Shown here in pieces: positions 1-9,800 of a stretch of 64,000 bases of DNA. The notes below the pieces were generated by a model. It saw only the letters and a list, made by a program, of their open reading frames with translations. It did not search any database and was not told where the DNA came from. Where the stretch lies: positions 3,396 through 67,395 of the forward strand of contig DAHWIK010000044.1 in the NCBI GenBank assembly GCA_027345185.1, given 5' to 3'. Numbering within the stretch: position 1 is the first letter of the stretch; every line of letters begins with the position of its first letter. The translations under genes and the position numbers were made by a program. This stretch comes from Candidatus Micrarchaeota archaeon (lineage in GTDB: Archaea; Micrarchaeota; Micrarchaeia; Micrarchaeales; CABMGC01).

Positions 1-365
1 ATGTTTGATATACCATGCAGGGCAACCATGTCGCCCCTGTGTAGCGCAGGTAGCATGCTGCAGCTTGCGACCACGTTGATGGGGGCGGTTGTACCAAGCA
101 CCACTATGAGTATCATCCATAAGATGGCTATGGCGACTATTGCAATAAGTATATCATATATGCTCTTCCGCATGCCTTCCTCCTTTACGCTGTACTTGAA
201 CTCTACGGCTATAGTGATTACCAGCAACACCAACGCAAGTGCGCCAAGTAGCACGTTGTTTAACATTATGTAGCCAACCACAGAGAGTATAAGGAATGCG
301 TAAAGTATGTAGAGTTCGTACTGCTTGGTCTTGGCTGGTTTGGTATCTTGTTTTTTCCTCAACAA
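1..365 (-). CDS. Signal peptidase I, archaeal/Sec11 type (S26B); N-terminal part only, gene runs off the left edge
   Basis: Absent from the ORF track because there is no stop inside the window. Manual minus-strand translation gives ...MRKSIYDILIAIVAIAILWMILIVVLGTTAPINVVASCSMLPALHRGDMVALHGISN. That is a TM helix followed by the S26 catalytic-Ser box (canonical SGSMxP...GD). The frame is open from 365; candidate starts are ATG 173, ATG 266 and TTG 365. Confidence 0.6.
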   Translation of the reverse strand, partial: MLRKKQDTKPAKTKQYELYILYAFLILSVVGYIMLNNVLLGALALVLLVITIAVEFKYSVKEEGMRKSIYDILIAIVAIAILWMILIVVLGTTAPINVVASCSMLPALHRGDMVALHGISN

Positions 366-366
366 A

Positions 367-3300
367 TCACTGCTGCTTGCCCTTTAGCATGCTGCTTATC
401 TCAAGGCCTATGGCCTTTGACTCCTTTGACTCGTCCTTGGCTACGCCTATTGCAGTATCCGCATTCACGATAAGTGAGTTGTTGTGGCTTATCACTATGA
501 ACTGGGCTGCATCGCTCATCTGCTTTATGAGCTTTGACAGGAGCTTGGCATTCTCAGAGTCAAGCGCTGCGTCAACCTCGTCGAATAGATACAGTGAGGA
601 TTTCTTGCATAGGTGTATAGAAAACAGCATCATCAGGGCCACCATGGATTTCTGCCCTCCTGACAGGGACTTCAGGGGTATGTCAGACTTTCCGTCGTTC
701 AGCTTCATGTATATGCCGCTGTTGAGCGGGTCTGTCTCGTCTTCGAGCATTATAGTAGCCTTTCCTGGGAAGACATAGTTGTAGAGCCTTGAGAAGTTCT
801 TGTTAACCTGGTTGAGCATGTCCATGAATGTCTGGAGCTTCTTGGAGTCTATTTCCTCTATCATATGGAGAACGGCATCCTTCTCTGACTGGAGAGTCTC
901 CACCTTTGATATGGCCTCCTCGGTCTGCTTCTTCATATCCTCGAAGACCTCTGGAGCCTTAAGGTTTACCGCACCCATGGCCTCAAGCTTGGCTTTCAGG
1001 GTGTTGGCCTCTATGTCCATCTCCTCCGGCTTGCCCTCCAGTAGCATCAGCTCTGGGGATTGGTACGCGGATGCGGAAAGCTCTGCGGTTATGTCATTAA
1101 GCCTTGTCTCTGCCGTGGCCTTCTTTAGCTGAAGCTCGTTAAGCTGCCTGTCTAAGTTCGCAATCTCGGCCTCAAGCTTGGCTATCTCTGATGCAACCTT
1201 TACCATTTCAGAATTGATCGCGCTCTGGCTTTCGATAAGCTTTCTGCTGGAGTCGCTCTTGCTGCTCATCTCCTTCTCTATATCTCCCTTAGACTTGGTG
1301 AGGACCTCCCTCCTTAGCTCTCTCTCGTCGAGCTGCAGCTGCAGCTCCTTAGTCTGCTTCTTCTTTTCTGATATTGAATATGATAGGTCTGAGGATTTAT
1401 GCTCGAATATGTCTGCTTCAGTCGCAAGTGATGATATGCTTTTCTCTAGAGCAACTATCTCCTGCCTCAGCTTCTCAGACTTCTCCCGCTCCGACTTAAG
1501 CTTTACTGACTTTGCAAGGCTCTTCGAAGCTGCGCTTATCTTTTCGAATATGGAGGCACGGGCCTGTTTGGCTGTGTTCAATGACGAGACAAGATCCAGC
1601 TTCTCCTTATCCTTTGCTTCGGTCTCCTTCCTTATCCTTGTCTCCGAATCGGACATCTCCTTGATCTGATTGGAGATCTCAGATTGCAGCTTTGCAGACT
1701 TTGCAAGCTCATCGACTGATGACTTGAGTCCGGCTGACAGGTTGTTGACATTGATTTCTAGGGAATACTTTGATTTTTCAGCGTCCTTAAGGCTCTCTGC
1801 AGCAATATCTGCGCTCTTCTGTGTACCTGCCCTTTCCTCCTCCAGCGACTTTATCTTGTTCTCTATTGATGATAGGGAAAGCCCCTTCTTCCTTGCACCT
1901 CCTGAGACTATTCCTGACTGCTCTGCAAGCTCGCCGTCAAGAGTGACATACCTGTGCCTTCCTATGCCGTATTTCTTTGCATCGTTCAGGCTTGGTATTA
2001 TGTAGGTGTCGCTGAATATGTACGAGAATACCGTTGAGAACCTGCTTTCGAACCTGACCACATCTATGACAGGTGTTATATCCCTCTCATTCTGGAGAGG
2101 CTTGAATTTCACCTCGTCAATTGGTATGAATGTTGCCCTTCCCAGATTGTTCTTCTTGAGGTAATCGATTATCTTTCCGGCTACTGCAATCGAATCCACT
2201 ACGAAATATTCCAGCCTGTTTCCTGCAGCTACTTCGACTGCATATGCATTCTCTCCGCTGTACTTGCACAGTGAGCCCGCCTTTCCGTAGAAGCCGTCCT
2301 TCTCGCCGAACTTCTCGGATACCTTTGCGGCGAGATTGCCCTCCCTCGGCTGCAGCATGGCTCTCTGCTCTGCAAGAACCATCCTCTCTCCGTCGATATC
2401 CAATATCCTCTTTGACAGAGCGGAATGCTCCTTTCTTATGCGCTCTGCTGCTGCTACAGCAACGACTATGTCCTGCTTTGCCTTGGCAAGCTCTGATTCA
2501 ATCGATTTTCTACTCTCTGCAATTGCCTGCGCCTCCTTCTCTGAAGCCTCAAGCCTGGCCTGGAGCTCATGCCTTTCCCTGGAGGCAAATGCGAGATCTG
2601 CTTGGAGCTGGAAGATGTAGTTTTCAGCGTCCCTTAGATTGCTCTCGCCTTCGGTTATTGCTGCTCCGATCTCTGCAAGCTCCTTCTCGTAGTCAACTCC
2701 CTCTTCCGGCATGTTGAACTTTCCAAGCTCCTTCTCCAGAGGCGCTATCTTCTTATTCAGCTCCTCTATAGACGCCTTGTTGAGCCTTACTTTTTCTACT
2801 GCAGCTGAGAGTTCGGCATCGTACTGACTTATCGCAAACTTGTTATCCTCGATTGACTTCTGCAGGCTTGGTATCTCAACTTCAAGCTTTGCAAGCTCAT
2901 TGCTAGTTACACTTAGCTTGGAATTGGTCTCTCCGGATGTCGCATTTATGCTGTTGAGCTCCTTGGCTAGCTTCTGACTGTCCTCATTAAGCTTGTCCCT
3001 GTAGCCCTTTTTATCTGACATCCTGCCTAATGCATCGCTCTTCTTTGAATTAAGAGCCGCAAACTCCTTAGAGTATGATTCGTTTGACAGCTTTAGGCTG
3101 CTCTGCCTTATGGTAAGCGCACTGAATCTAAGGTTCTTGATCCTTGTATTCATTTTCTTGTAGCTCTCTGCCGCCTCCTTTTCCTTCTCAAGGTTGTTTA
3201 GGTATCCCTGCCTCTCGTTCAGTATCCCATTCGCAGCAATGATGTTCTGGTCCATCTTCTCGAGCTCATTGAGCGCCTCTCTTTTCTTGTCGTCATATTC

Positions 3301-3792
3301 CTTTATGCCTGCGGCGTTGTCTATCAGCTCTCTCCTCTCCCTGTTGTTGAGGGTCGCTATGGTGTTTATCTCTCCCTGCGCTATTGTAGTTGTGTCGCCC
3401 ACTCTTATTCCCTCGCTTGCAAGGAACTCTATGACATCCTTCCTAGGCATGGTCTTGTCGTTGAGCTTGTAGGACGTCTTGCCGTCTGACCTTATAGCCT
3501 TTACAACTGTTACGTTCTTTCCATCCCCTGCCAACTCCATCTTGAGATGCGCGATGGTCGGCTCCCCGGTCTTTCTCTTCACGTTCCAGTTTATCAACTG
3601 ATCCAGAGTATCGACCCTGAGCATCTTTAGGGAAGGCTCACCAAGGCCGACCATCAAGGCATCGAATATGACACTCTTTCCGCTTCCGTTGGGGCCCACA
3701 ACGCAAGTGAATCCCTTGCTGAAAAGCAGCTCAGCGTGCCTGAATGACTTGAACTTGTCAAGCACAATTGACTTTAAGTATAACATCTGCAC
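367..3792 (-). CDS. smc: Chromosome segregation ATPase SMC
   Basis: 1141 aa. N-terminal Walker A is GPNGSGKS. Long coiled-coil arms rich in E/K/L surround a central hinge. C-terminal signature LSGGQKSMVALMMLF and Walker B LYLFDEVDAALD. Confidence 0.93.
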   Translation of the reverse strand: MQMLYLKSIVLDKFKSFRHAELLFSKGFTCVVGPNGSGKSVIFDALMVGLGEPSLKMLRVDTLDQLINWNVKRKTGEPTIAHLKMELAGDGKNVTVVKAIRSDGKTSYKLNDKTMPRKDVIEFLASEGIRVGDTTTIAQGEINTIATLNNRERRELIDNAAGIKEYDDKKREALNELEKMDQNIIAANGILNERQGYLNNLEKEKEAAESYKKMNTRIKNLRFSALTIRQSSLKLSNESYSKEFAALNSKKSDALGRMSDKKGYRDKLNEDSQKLAKELNSINATSGETNSKLSVTSNELAKLEVEIPSLQKSIEDNKFAISQYDAELSAAVEKVRLNKASIEELNKKIAPLEKELGKFNMPEEGVDYEKELAEIGAAITEGESNLRDAENYIFQLQADLAFASRERHELQARLEASEKEAQAIAESRKSIESELAKAKQDIVVAVAAAERIRKEHSALSKRILDIDGERMVLAEQRAMLQPREGNLAAKVSEKFGEKDGFYGKAGSLCKYSGENAYAVEVAAGNRLEYFVVDSIAVAGKIIDYLKKNNLGRATFIPIDEVKFKPLQNERDITPVIDVVRFESRFSTVFSYIFSDTYIIPSLNDAKKYGIGRHRYVTLDGELAEQSGIVSGGARKKGLSLSSIENKIKSLEEERAGTQKSADIAAESLKDAEKSKYSLEINVNNLSAGLKSSVDELAKSAKLQSEISNQIKEMSDSETRIRKETEAKDKEKLDLVSSLNTAKQARASIFEKISAASKSLAKSVKLKSEREKSEKLRQEIVALEKSISSLATEADIFEHKSSDLSYSISEKKKQTKELQLQLDERELRREVLTKSKGDIEKEMSSKSDSSRKLIESQSAINSEMVKVASEIAKLEAEIANLDRQLNELQLKKATAETRLNDITAELSASAYQSPELMLLEGKPEEMDIEANTLKAKLEAMGAVNLKAPEVFEDMKKQTEEAISKVETLQSEKDAVLHMIEEIDSKKLQTFMDMLNQVNKNFSRLYNYVFPGKATIMLEDETDPLNSGIYMKLNDGKSDIPLKSLSGGQKSMVALMMLFSIHLCKKSSLYLFDEVDAALDSENAKLLSKLIKQMSDAAQFIVISHNNSLIVNADTAIGVAKDESKESKAIGLEISSMLKGKQQ

Positions 3793-3821
3793 ACCGGTCG
3801 CACTATAAATTATCTGTTTAA

Positions 3822-4895
3822 TTATTTAAAACCTTTCCTCGAGGTTTTGCTCGCAATGTGGAGGGCAAGGAATGCTGAAATGTGCTGCCCTGTGGCTATC
3901 CCAATGAGCTTCTTGCCCCGGAGTATCGCACCTATTTTGAATGGTGTAGTCTCTATCTTTGAGACTGCGTCCGATATTGTTGACGAATACTGTAGGTTTG
4001 GTATCTCTGCTGCAAGGCTGCTTACAGAGCCTGACTTGTTTAAGGACGTCCTGTCGAACACGTTCACCACGCAGTATACCCCTGAAGGATTTTTGGTTAG
4101 TATTGTGTGTTCCTGGCTCTTTTTCATCAGATTGAACAGCTCACTGGGCTTTGCATCCCATTTTATTATGGCGTAGTTCTTGTTCATTGCATCCTTTATT
4201 GTGAGGCCCTTTGTCTCCCGCCTTATGAATACGTTATCCTCCTCAGCCTTCATTCCCTCGTAAAGGAAGAATACTATTATAATGTCCCATATGAATATTA
4301 TCTCTTTGTAAAATACAGAATACCCGGATGGAACGGCTACGAACACAAGTGTCCCTATTATTATGAGTGCCATGAAGTACCTGCTCACCTTGGCTGTTAC
4401 CATGGTAGCATCATAGAAGTTCTGCCTCTTTTGAAGGTAGCTTCTCAACACCCTGCCGCCGTCCATTGGAAATGCGGGCAGGAGATTGAATAGACCTAGC
4501 AATATGTTTATCAGGAAGAGGTACTGCACGATATATGTTATAATGCCTGCAGGAGTAAATATGACCAGTATGCCGAATAGGCCACCAAGAACGAGGCTCA
4601 TGATAGGGCCGGATATGGATATGTTGAACTCCACGTTTGGAGCTATCTCCGTCTGGTCTATGATTGATGCGCCGCCTATCGGGAGCAGTATTATCTTGCT
4701 TACCTTTATTCCGTTACGCATTGCGGTTATGGAGTGTGAAAGCTCATGGATCAGCACACATATGAACAGGAGTATCCATATCAGGCCAAGGAGCGGTGAA
4801 AGGTAGATGAAGAACAGTATAAGGAGTATGAAGAGCCAGTGGAGTTCTATATCTATTCCAGCTATCCTTCCTATACGGACAGATCCCTGCGACAT
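3822..4895 (-). CDS. Site-2 protease family (M50) membrane metalloprotease with C-terminal CBS pair
   Basis: HELSHS (HExxH) lies in a TM helix, NLLPAFPMDGGRV is the second M50 motif, and the protein is multi-TM. The C-terminal 130 aa look like tandem CBS domains. Confidence 0.8.
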   Translation of the reverse strand: MSQGSVRIGRIAGIDIELHWLFILLILFFIYLSPLLGLIWILLFICVLIHELSHSITAMRNGIKVSKIILLPIGGASIIDQTEIAPNVEFNISISGPIMSLVLGGLFGILVIFTPAGIITYIVQYLFLINILLGLFNLLPAFPMDGGRVLRSYLQKRQNFYDATMVTAKVSRYFMALIIIGTLVFVAVPSGYSVFYKEIIFIWDIIIVFFLYEGMKAEEDNVFIRRETKGLTIKDAMNKNYAIIKWDAKPSELFNLMKKSQEHTILTKNPSGVYCVVNVFDRTSLNKSGSVSSLAAEIPNLQYSSTISDAVSKIETTPFKIGAILRGKKLIGIATGQHISAFLALHIASKTSRKGFK

Positions 4896-4956
4896 CTATA
4901 CCGAGAATATATTCGACATACAAAGATTATTAATCTTCTTATGAAAGATTCCTGAC

Positions 4957-5670
4957 ATGGGCATCTCATTTTTGAAAGGGATACCTGCAATCATTATAGA
5001 GAATGAAAAACTGATTGCAGTTGGAGACCTTCACATAGGTCTTGAGGAGAAATTCTCCGGATCTGGAGTATCCTTCCCAAATGCCGCACGGGCAACTGGA
5101 AGGGAGATAAGGGGACTCTGCGAATCCAATAGAGCGAAGGGTGTGGTCTTCCTTGGTGATGTCAAGGACAGGCTTGCTAACATGACAAGGGAGGAACTGG
5201 AGTCGTTCAGAGGGTTCTTCAGGGAGCTTGATGGGATAAACGTGCTGATAGCTAAAGGCAACCATGACGCATACATAGAAGCGCTGACAACGGAGATGGG
5301 TGTCAAGGCAAAGATAGAGAAGGAGATAATACTTTCAGACTGTGCACTTATGCATGGAAACGCAATGCCTTCAGATGAAGCTGTTATGAAGAAATATATT
5401 ATATGCGGGCATGGACATATTGCTGCTCAGGTCAATGGAATCGACAGGAAGGCATGGCTTGTAGCACCGGTAGGTGATGGAATGATCCAGAATTACAAGA
5501 AGTATAATAAAGAGATAACGCTGATTTGCGCACCGGCGTTCAACAGGCTAATAATAGGAAGCAGGATAGGATATGAAACAGAAGAGCACCTGCCTCTGCT
5601 CAATAACAGACTTTTCGATTTCAACAGAATCAGAGCCTATGACCTGTACGGAAATCCACTGACGCGATAA
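4957..5670 (+). CDS. Calcineurin-like metallophosphoesterase
   Basis: Ordered metallophosphoesterase motifs: GDLHIG, GDVKD, GNHD, GHGH. Confidence 0.65.
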   Translation: MGISFLKGIPAIIIENEKLIAVGDLHIGLEEKFSGSGVSFPNAARATGREIRGLCESNRAKGVVFLGDVKDRLANMTREELESFRGFFRELDGINVLIAKGNHDAYIEALTTEMGVKAKIEKEIILSDCALMHGNAMPSDEAVMKKYIICGHGHIAAQVNGIDRKAWLVAPVGDGMIQNYKKYNKEITLICAPAFNRLIIGSRIGYETEEHLPLLNNRLFDFNRIRAYDLYGNPLTR

Positions 5671-5692
5671 GAGCGTACCCTCAAACTTAATT

Positions 5693-6181
5693 TTACCTTC
5701 TTGCATCTTTAAGCTCTTCTCCATATAGTGCAATAATTCCGCCGATGACTGCCCGTACTTTTTCTACATTTTTGGTGAAGCGATCAATGTCCACACCTTC
5801 TGACTGCGCCTTCTTTATTGCACTGTCCAACCAGTTTTTTACTTCCGTATCATCCTCAAAAAAGGAGAAGAGTCTTATTCCTTTTTCAGTGGGGAGTACG
5901 CCATCTCTGACTTCTGTTACGAGGCCATGCCGTGCAAGCTGTTCCACGCTCATTAAAACGTTGTATACAACGAGGTCTGCTATGGCCCACTCTGCGCCAG
6001 CAAGCTCCGCCAGCCTGCTGATGCTTATTCCTTGATTGGCAATTATCCTTGGAAAGGTTCTGAACTTCTCTATCTCCTTTAGGGATAGTCCATTATTATT
6101 TATCTTCAAATAAAATACATTCTTGAAAAATGAGTCTGCAGATTCCATTAATTCTGCACGGGCCTTGTTCTTTTCGCGCAT
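5693..6181 (-). CDS. Hypothetical protein, possible winged-HTH DNA-binding protein
   Basis: ISISRLAELAG...VEQLARHGLVTEVRDG resembles a MarR/wHTH recognition helix plus wing. The start lies 4 nt after the stop of the upstream flavoprotein gene. Confidence 0.3.
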   Translation of the reverse strand: MREKNKARAELMESADSFFKNVFYLKINNNGLSLKEIEKFRTFPRIIANQGISISRLAELAGAEWAIADLVVYNVLMSVEQLARHGLVTEVRDGVLPTEKGIRLFSFFEDDTEVKNWLDSAIKKAQSEGVDIDRFTKNVEKVRAVIGGIIALYGEELKDARR

Positions 6182-6185
6182 TTGA

Positions 6186-7625
6186 TCAGATTGGATTTGG
6201 CTTGAACTTCTCCTTCACTTCGTGCATGTTCTCATTAACTGTCTTCTTCCATGCATCGAAGCTTGCCGGGCTGCTTGGATAACGTGTGTACAACTCGTTC
6301 ATCTCCTTCATTCTCTTTACAGTAAACAAGAGGTTCTTGAATGCGTTTATGTTTGATATTCCGCTGAGCACCTTGTTGAAAGTGCTCGCTATTGTTATCT
6401 TTGGTATGTTCCCATAGCTTATCTCCACGGCCTCCTCCTCTGTGAGGAACTTTGTCATCCCGTAATTTATTAGGTCGTTGTTGAGAGACTGCAGATAGAT
6501 CCTGAACACCTCAAGCCCTGCAGTCTTGTTTCCATAGACCTCATTGTACCTGAAATTGTATTTCCATAGAAACTCCATGCTTGTGTCATTCGCCGATATC
6601 GCATCTGCCGCTATCTTTCCTGCTATTGCGCCAGAGGTCATTGCAGGTCCAATACCCCCTGCGCTTATCGGATTTGGCATCGCCATACTGTCTCCTGTGC
6701 CCATGTATCCGGGGAAGACCAGACTGTCGAACTGCCTTCTTACGGTAACCGACCAGTATCCCTTTCCGTTTGCATCCGTCTCGTCGATCCTGACATTTTT
6801 TATTAGAGGATTCCATTCAACATACTGGTCTATGAGCATGTGGAGCGTATCCTTCTTGTTGAGCTTTGCATTCCTTACCTCAAGGCTCTTCTTCTCTACG
6901 CCTATTCCTATGTTCACCCTTCCGCTTGACTTTGGAAACACCCATCCGTATCCGCCTGGAGCGAGCTGCTGGTTCAGGTGTATTAGTGCATTCTTTTTAT
7001 CGTAATATTTTACGTCCTCTCCTGCAGGGTCGAAGTTGTATATGTACCTGCCTGTTGATTCTATATCGTCGGTGCTTACCATGTTCTCTATGTACTTGTT
7101 ATGTGGAAGCTTCCGCCTTATCGTGCTTGCGACACCAAGACCGTCTATGACAAGCCTTGCCTTCACCTTGTACTGTGCGCCTTTTTCATCCCTTCCGTAT
7201 ACCCCCACAACTACCTCATTCTCCAGTATCGGACCCTCGACTTCATGGTGCGGCAGGTATTCTGCTCCGCTCTTGACTGCGAAGTCCACAAGAACCTTGG
7301 CTAGCTTTGGCCTGTCCAGACTGAATCCTGCTCCCTCGAATTGGAACTTTCTCGTGAGATCCGGACTTAGAACCTGTACCCCCTCTACCGCAACGTCAAG
7401 CACCGGCTCGGTAAGCTTAAGGCCTATCTCTTTGTTGATAAAATCAATGTGTGTCTTTGCCACTGCGTCTCCGCATACCCATCCCCAGTTTGTCTTTTTA
7501 CCCGCCTGTGAATAATCATTCCTGTCAAGAAGAAGTACTTTTGCGCCACCCATTGCGGCGCCTGCAGCGGCAAGGCACCCTGAAATTCCCGAACCTGCTA
7601 CAATAATGTCATATTGCTGATCCAT
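6186..7625 (-). CDS. Geranylgeranyl reductase family FAD-dependent oxidoreductase (long form, 479 aa)
   Basis: N-terminal dinucleotide fold YDIIVAGSGISGCLAAAGAA. Conserved late motif GTGDSMAMPNPISAGGIGPAMTSG (canonical GDAAG..P.tGEGI). Confidence 0.7.
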   Translation of the reverse strand: MDQQYDIIVAGSGISGCLAAAGAAMGGAKVLLLDRNDYSQAGKKTNWGWVCGDAVAKTHIDFINKEIGLKLTEPVLDVAVEGVQVLSPDLTRKFQFEGAGFSLDRPKLAKVLVDFAVKSGAEYLPHHEVEGPILENEVVVGVYGRDEKGAQYKVKARLVIDGLGVASTIRRKLPHNKYIENMVSTDDIESTGRYIYNFDPAGEDVKYYDKKNALIHLNQQLAPGGYGWVFPKSSGRVNIGIGVEKKSLEVRNAKLNKKDTLHMLIDQYVEWNPLIKNVRIDETDANGKGYWSVTVRRQFDSLVFPGYMGTGDSMAMPNPISAGGIGPAMTSGAIAGKIAADAISANDTSMEFLWKYNFRYNEVYGNKTAGLEVFRIYLQSLNNDLINYGMTKFLTEEEAVEISYGNIPKITIASTFNKVLSGISNINAFKNLLFTVKRMKEMNELYTRYPSSPASFDAWKKTVNENMHEVKEKFKPNPI

Positions 7626-7632
7626 CCAAATC

Positions 7633-7815
7633 TCACTGTGCTGCCGTTTTCCTTACTACAATAATTGGTATAACATCCTCGTCAAATTCGAGTTTTGCGA
7701 GTACAAGCGGCTCTACCACGTTGGCTGGCACCTTTATCAGAGGTGGAGCGCCGTATGCGAGCTGCAGTGCCCTGGCACCTATAATCGTTGCCTTTTCAAA
7801 CTTAGTGTAATCCAT
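7633..7815 (-). CDS. rpoK: DNA-directed RNA polymerase subunit K (Rpo6, omega-like)
   Basis: 60 aa. TKFEKATIIGARALQLAYGAPPLI matches the Rpo6/RpoK core. Confidence 0.85.
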   Translation of the reverse strand: MDYTKFEKATIIGARALQLAYGAPPLIKVPANVVEPLVLAKLEFDEDVIPIIVVRKTAAQ

Positions 7816-7899
7816 AAACTTACCTCACAGTGCAGAAGACAGAATAGACTATTGATATTTGTATAAAAAGACTTTTATATGTATCGAAAACTGCACTGC

Positions 7900-8613
7900 C
7901 TATCGTATAACCTTGTAGTTGTTCCTTGTCTTCCTTAGCACATGATACATTATGATATTTATGAGGTAGAATAGGAAATATCCCGAGATCCCCCATGCAA
8001 TTATCCTCCTTGCGCTGGTATATACTTTGGCATCATCCGAATACCGTATCTTGCCGTACTTCTTTATCCTGTCTGATAGATCCCAGTCCTCATAGGTCAT
8101 AAGCTTTTCGTTGAACCCTCCAGATTTCCTGAACTTGTCCGCTCTTATTGCGAAGTTTGAGCCTACTATTTTCGGTTTTCTCAGAATTATTGACAGTTTG
8201 ACAAACAGAATTGAGACAAAAGAGTATCCCATATTTATCCTTCTCTTTGTCTTCTCTAATGGGTATATAGGACCTGTTGCCGCGACTACTTCTTTATCTG
8301 AGAATACCTTGTGGTAGGCTTCAAGCAGCCCCTTGGATGGCTTTGTGTCAGCATCAAGAAACAAGAATATTCTGCCCTTTGCTATTTCTGCTCCCTTATT
8401 CCTTGCACCGCTGACTCCCCTCTTCCTGCTCTCTATCACCTTTGAGGATCTCCTTGCTACCTGAACAGTCCTGTCTTCGCTGCCGCCATCGACCACTATC
8501 GTCTCAAAATCAGTGAAGGTCTGGCTCTTCAGGCCCTCAATGGGATACCTTATGTACTTCTCCTCGTTGAACGCAGGTATTATTACGCTTATCTCAGGAG
8601 GCATGTTCAACAA
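7900..8613 (-). CDS. Family 2 glycosyltransferase (tandem paralogue B)
   Basis: SVIIPAFNEEKYI, VVDGGSEDRT and DXD-like LDADT, with a C-terminal hydrophobic helix. Clearly paralogous to the upstream gene. Confidence 0.8.
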   Translation of the reverse strand: MLNMPPEISVIIPAFNEEKYIRYPIEGLKSQTFTDFETIVVDGGSEDRTVQVARRSSKVIESRKRGVSGARNKGAEIAKGRIFLFLDADTKPSKGLLEAYHKVFSDKEVVAATGPIYPLEKTKRRINMGYSFVSILFVKLSIILRKPKIVGSNFAIRADKFRKSGGFNEKLMTYEDWDLSDRIKKYGKIRYSDDAKVYTSARRIIAWGISGYFLFYLINIIMYHVLRKTRNNYKVIR

Positions 8614-9321
8614 CTATCTTATTGGCTCGTAATTCTCCTTGGATTTATGGAAGAGATTGTATCTCAGGACATTGCCTGCATTGAACAGTATGTATCTGAC
8701 CACACCCCATTTCACTATCCTTCTTGTGCTCGTGGCTACAACTGCGCTCTTGACGTACTTTATCTTGCCTAGCTTGCTCAGCCTTAGCGTAAGGTCCAGA
8801 TCCTCATAGGTTACTAGGGATTCATCGAATCCTCCGCATTTCTTGAAAGCAGACTTCCTGACCATGAAGTTTGACCCGCTTATCGCAGGCTTGCCTATGG
8901 CAAATGAGATCCTTGCAAGATAAACCGAGGCAAATTTGTACCCGAATCTTATGAACCTAGTGGTTTTTTCCAATGGCACGAGGGGCCCTGATGCGGCCAC
9001 AATGTGCTTGTCCTTGAAAAGTTCAGAGTATATATTAAGCACGTCCTTTGATGCGCGCGTGTCGGCATTTGTGAACATTATTAGGTCGCCTTTAGCGAGC
9101 CTTGCTCCTGCATTCCTCGCAGCTCCGATATTGCTCTGTCTGTCAAGTATCACTTTGCCGCCGTTCTTCTTGACGATCTTGCTTGTCATGTCAGTGCTGC
9201 CTCCATCAACGACTATTATCTCGAAGTTGCGGAAGGTCTGCCTCTTAATGCCATCGAGAGGATACTTTATGTATTTCTCCTCGTTGAACGCCGGGATCAC
9301 TATGCTTATTTCTGGTCTCAT
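8614..9321 (-). CDS. Family 2 glycosyltransferase (tandem paralogue A)
   Basis: SIVIPAFNEEKYI, VVDGGSTDMT and TNADT. Abuts paralogue B with no gap. Confidence 0.8.
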   Translation of the reverse strand: MRPEISIVIPAFNEEKYIKYPLDGIKRQTFRNFEIIVVDGGSTDMTSKIVKKNGGKVILDRQSNIGAARNAGARLAKGDLIMFTNADTRASKDVLNIYSELFKDKHIVAASGPLVPLEKTTRFIRFGYKFASVYLARISFAIGKPAISGSNFMVRKSAFKKCGGFDESLVTYEDLDLTLRLSKLGKIKYVKSAVVATSTRRIVKWGVVRYILFNAGNVLRYNLFHKSKENYEPIR

Positions 9322-9325
9322 TAGT

Positions 9326-9796
9326 TCAGCCGTTTAACATTTTATTTTTGATAGCGTAGAACGAATATTTCAGAATCTTCCTTACGCTATAATAAGTATC
9401 TATGCCATCAAGCTCCTTTTCAGATATCCATCTAAGTTTTGGCGATTCACCTTTTGCCAGCCTGCCCTGCCTGCCCTTTGCAATGCCAAAGTACATGATG
9501 TCGAAGTGCATATGCCTCCCAGTCTTGTAGTGGACATCTTCGTATACGGTTGTGAATGGCGCCGGTAGCTCCCTGGCAGGCTTATATCCCTTCAAACCCA
9601 CCGGCATGGGCCCAACTATAGAGACGTTGTACCCTGTCTCCTCCTTCGTCTCCCTCTTCACTGCCTCTATCGGAGTCTCGTTCTCTTCGACGTGGCCTCC
9701 GGGATACATCCATTTCTTGAACTTCTTATGGTTTATAAGGAGTATCCTGCCGTTCCTGACCACTATGCAGCTGGTAACTATGCATCTCTTTAGCAT
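9326..9796 (-). CDS. NUDIX hydrolase
   Basis: Nudix box GGHVEENETPIEAVKRETKEETG. Start trimmed to the internal ATG (MLKRCIV...), 4 nt after the upstream stop, because the longer ORF overlaps the upstream gene. Confidence 0.8.
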   Translation of the reverse strand: MLKRCIVTSCIVVRNGRILLINHKKFKKWMYPGGHVEENETPIEAVKRETKEETGYNVSIVGPMPVGLKGYKPARELPAPFTTVYEDVHYKTGRHMHFDIMYFGIAKGRQGRLAKGESPKLRWISEKELDGIDTYYSVRKILKYSFYAIKNKMLNG

Positions 9797-9800
9797 CAAA

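Noticed and set aside
7828-7898. 8-bp inverted repeat CAGTGCAG / CTGCACTG flanking the rpoK upstream region.
   Set aside because: The arms are short and separated by about 55 nt of AT-rich promoter-like sequence. A chance occurrence is plausible and no second copy was seen.
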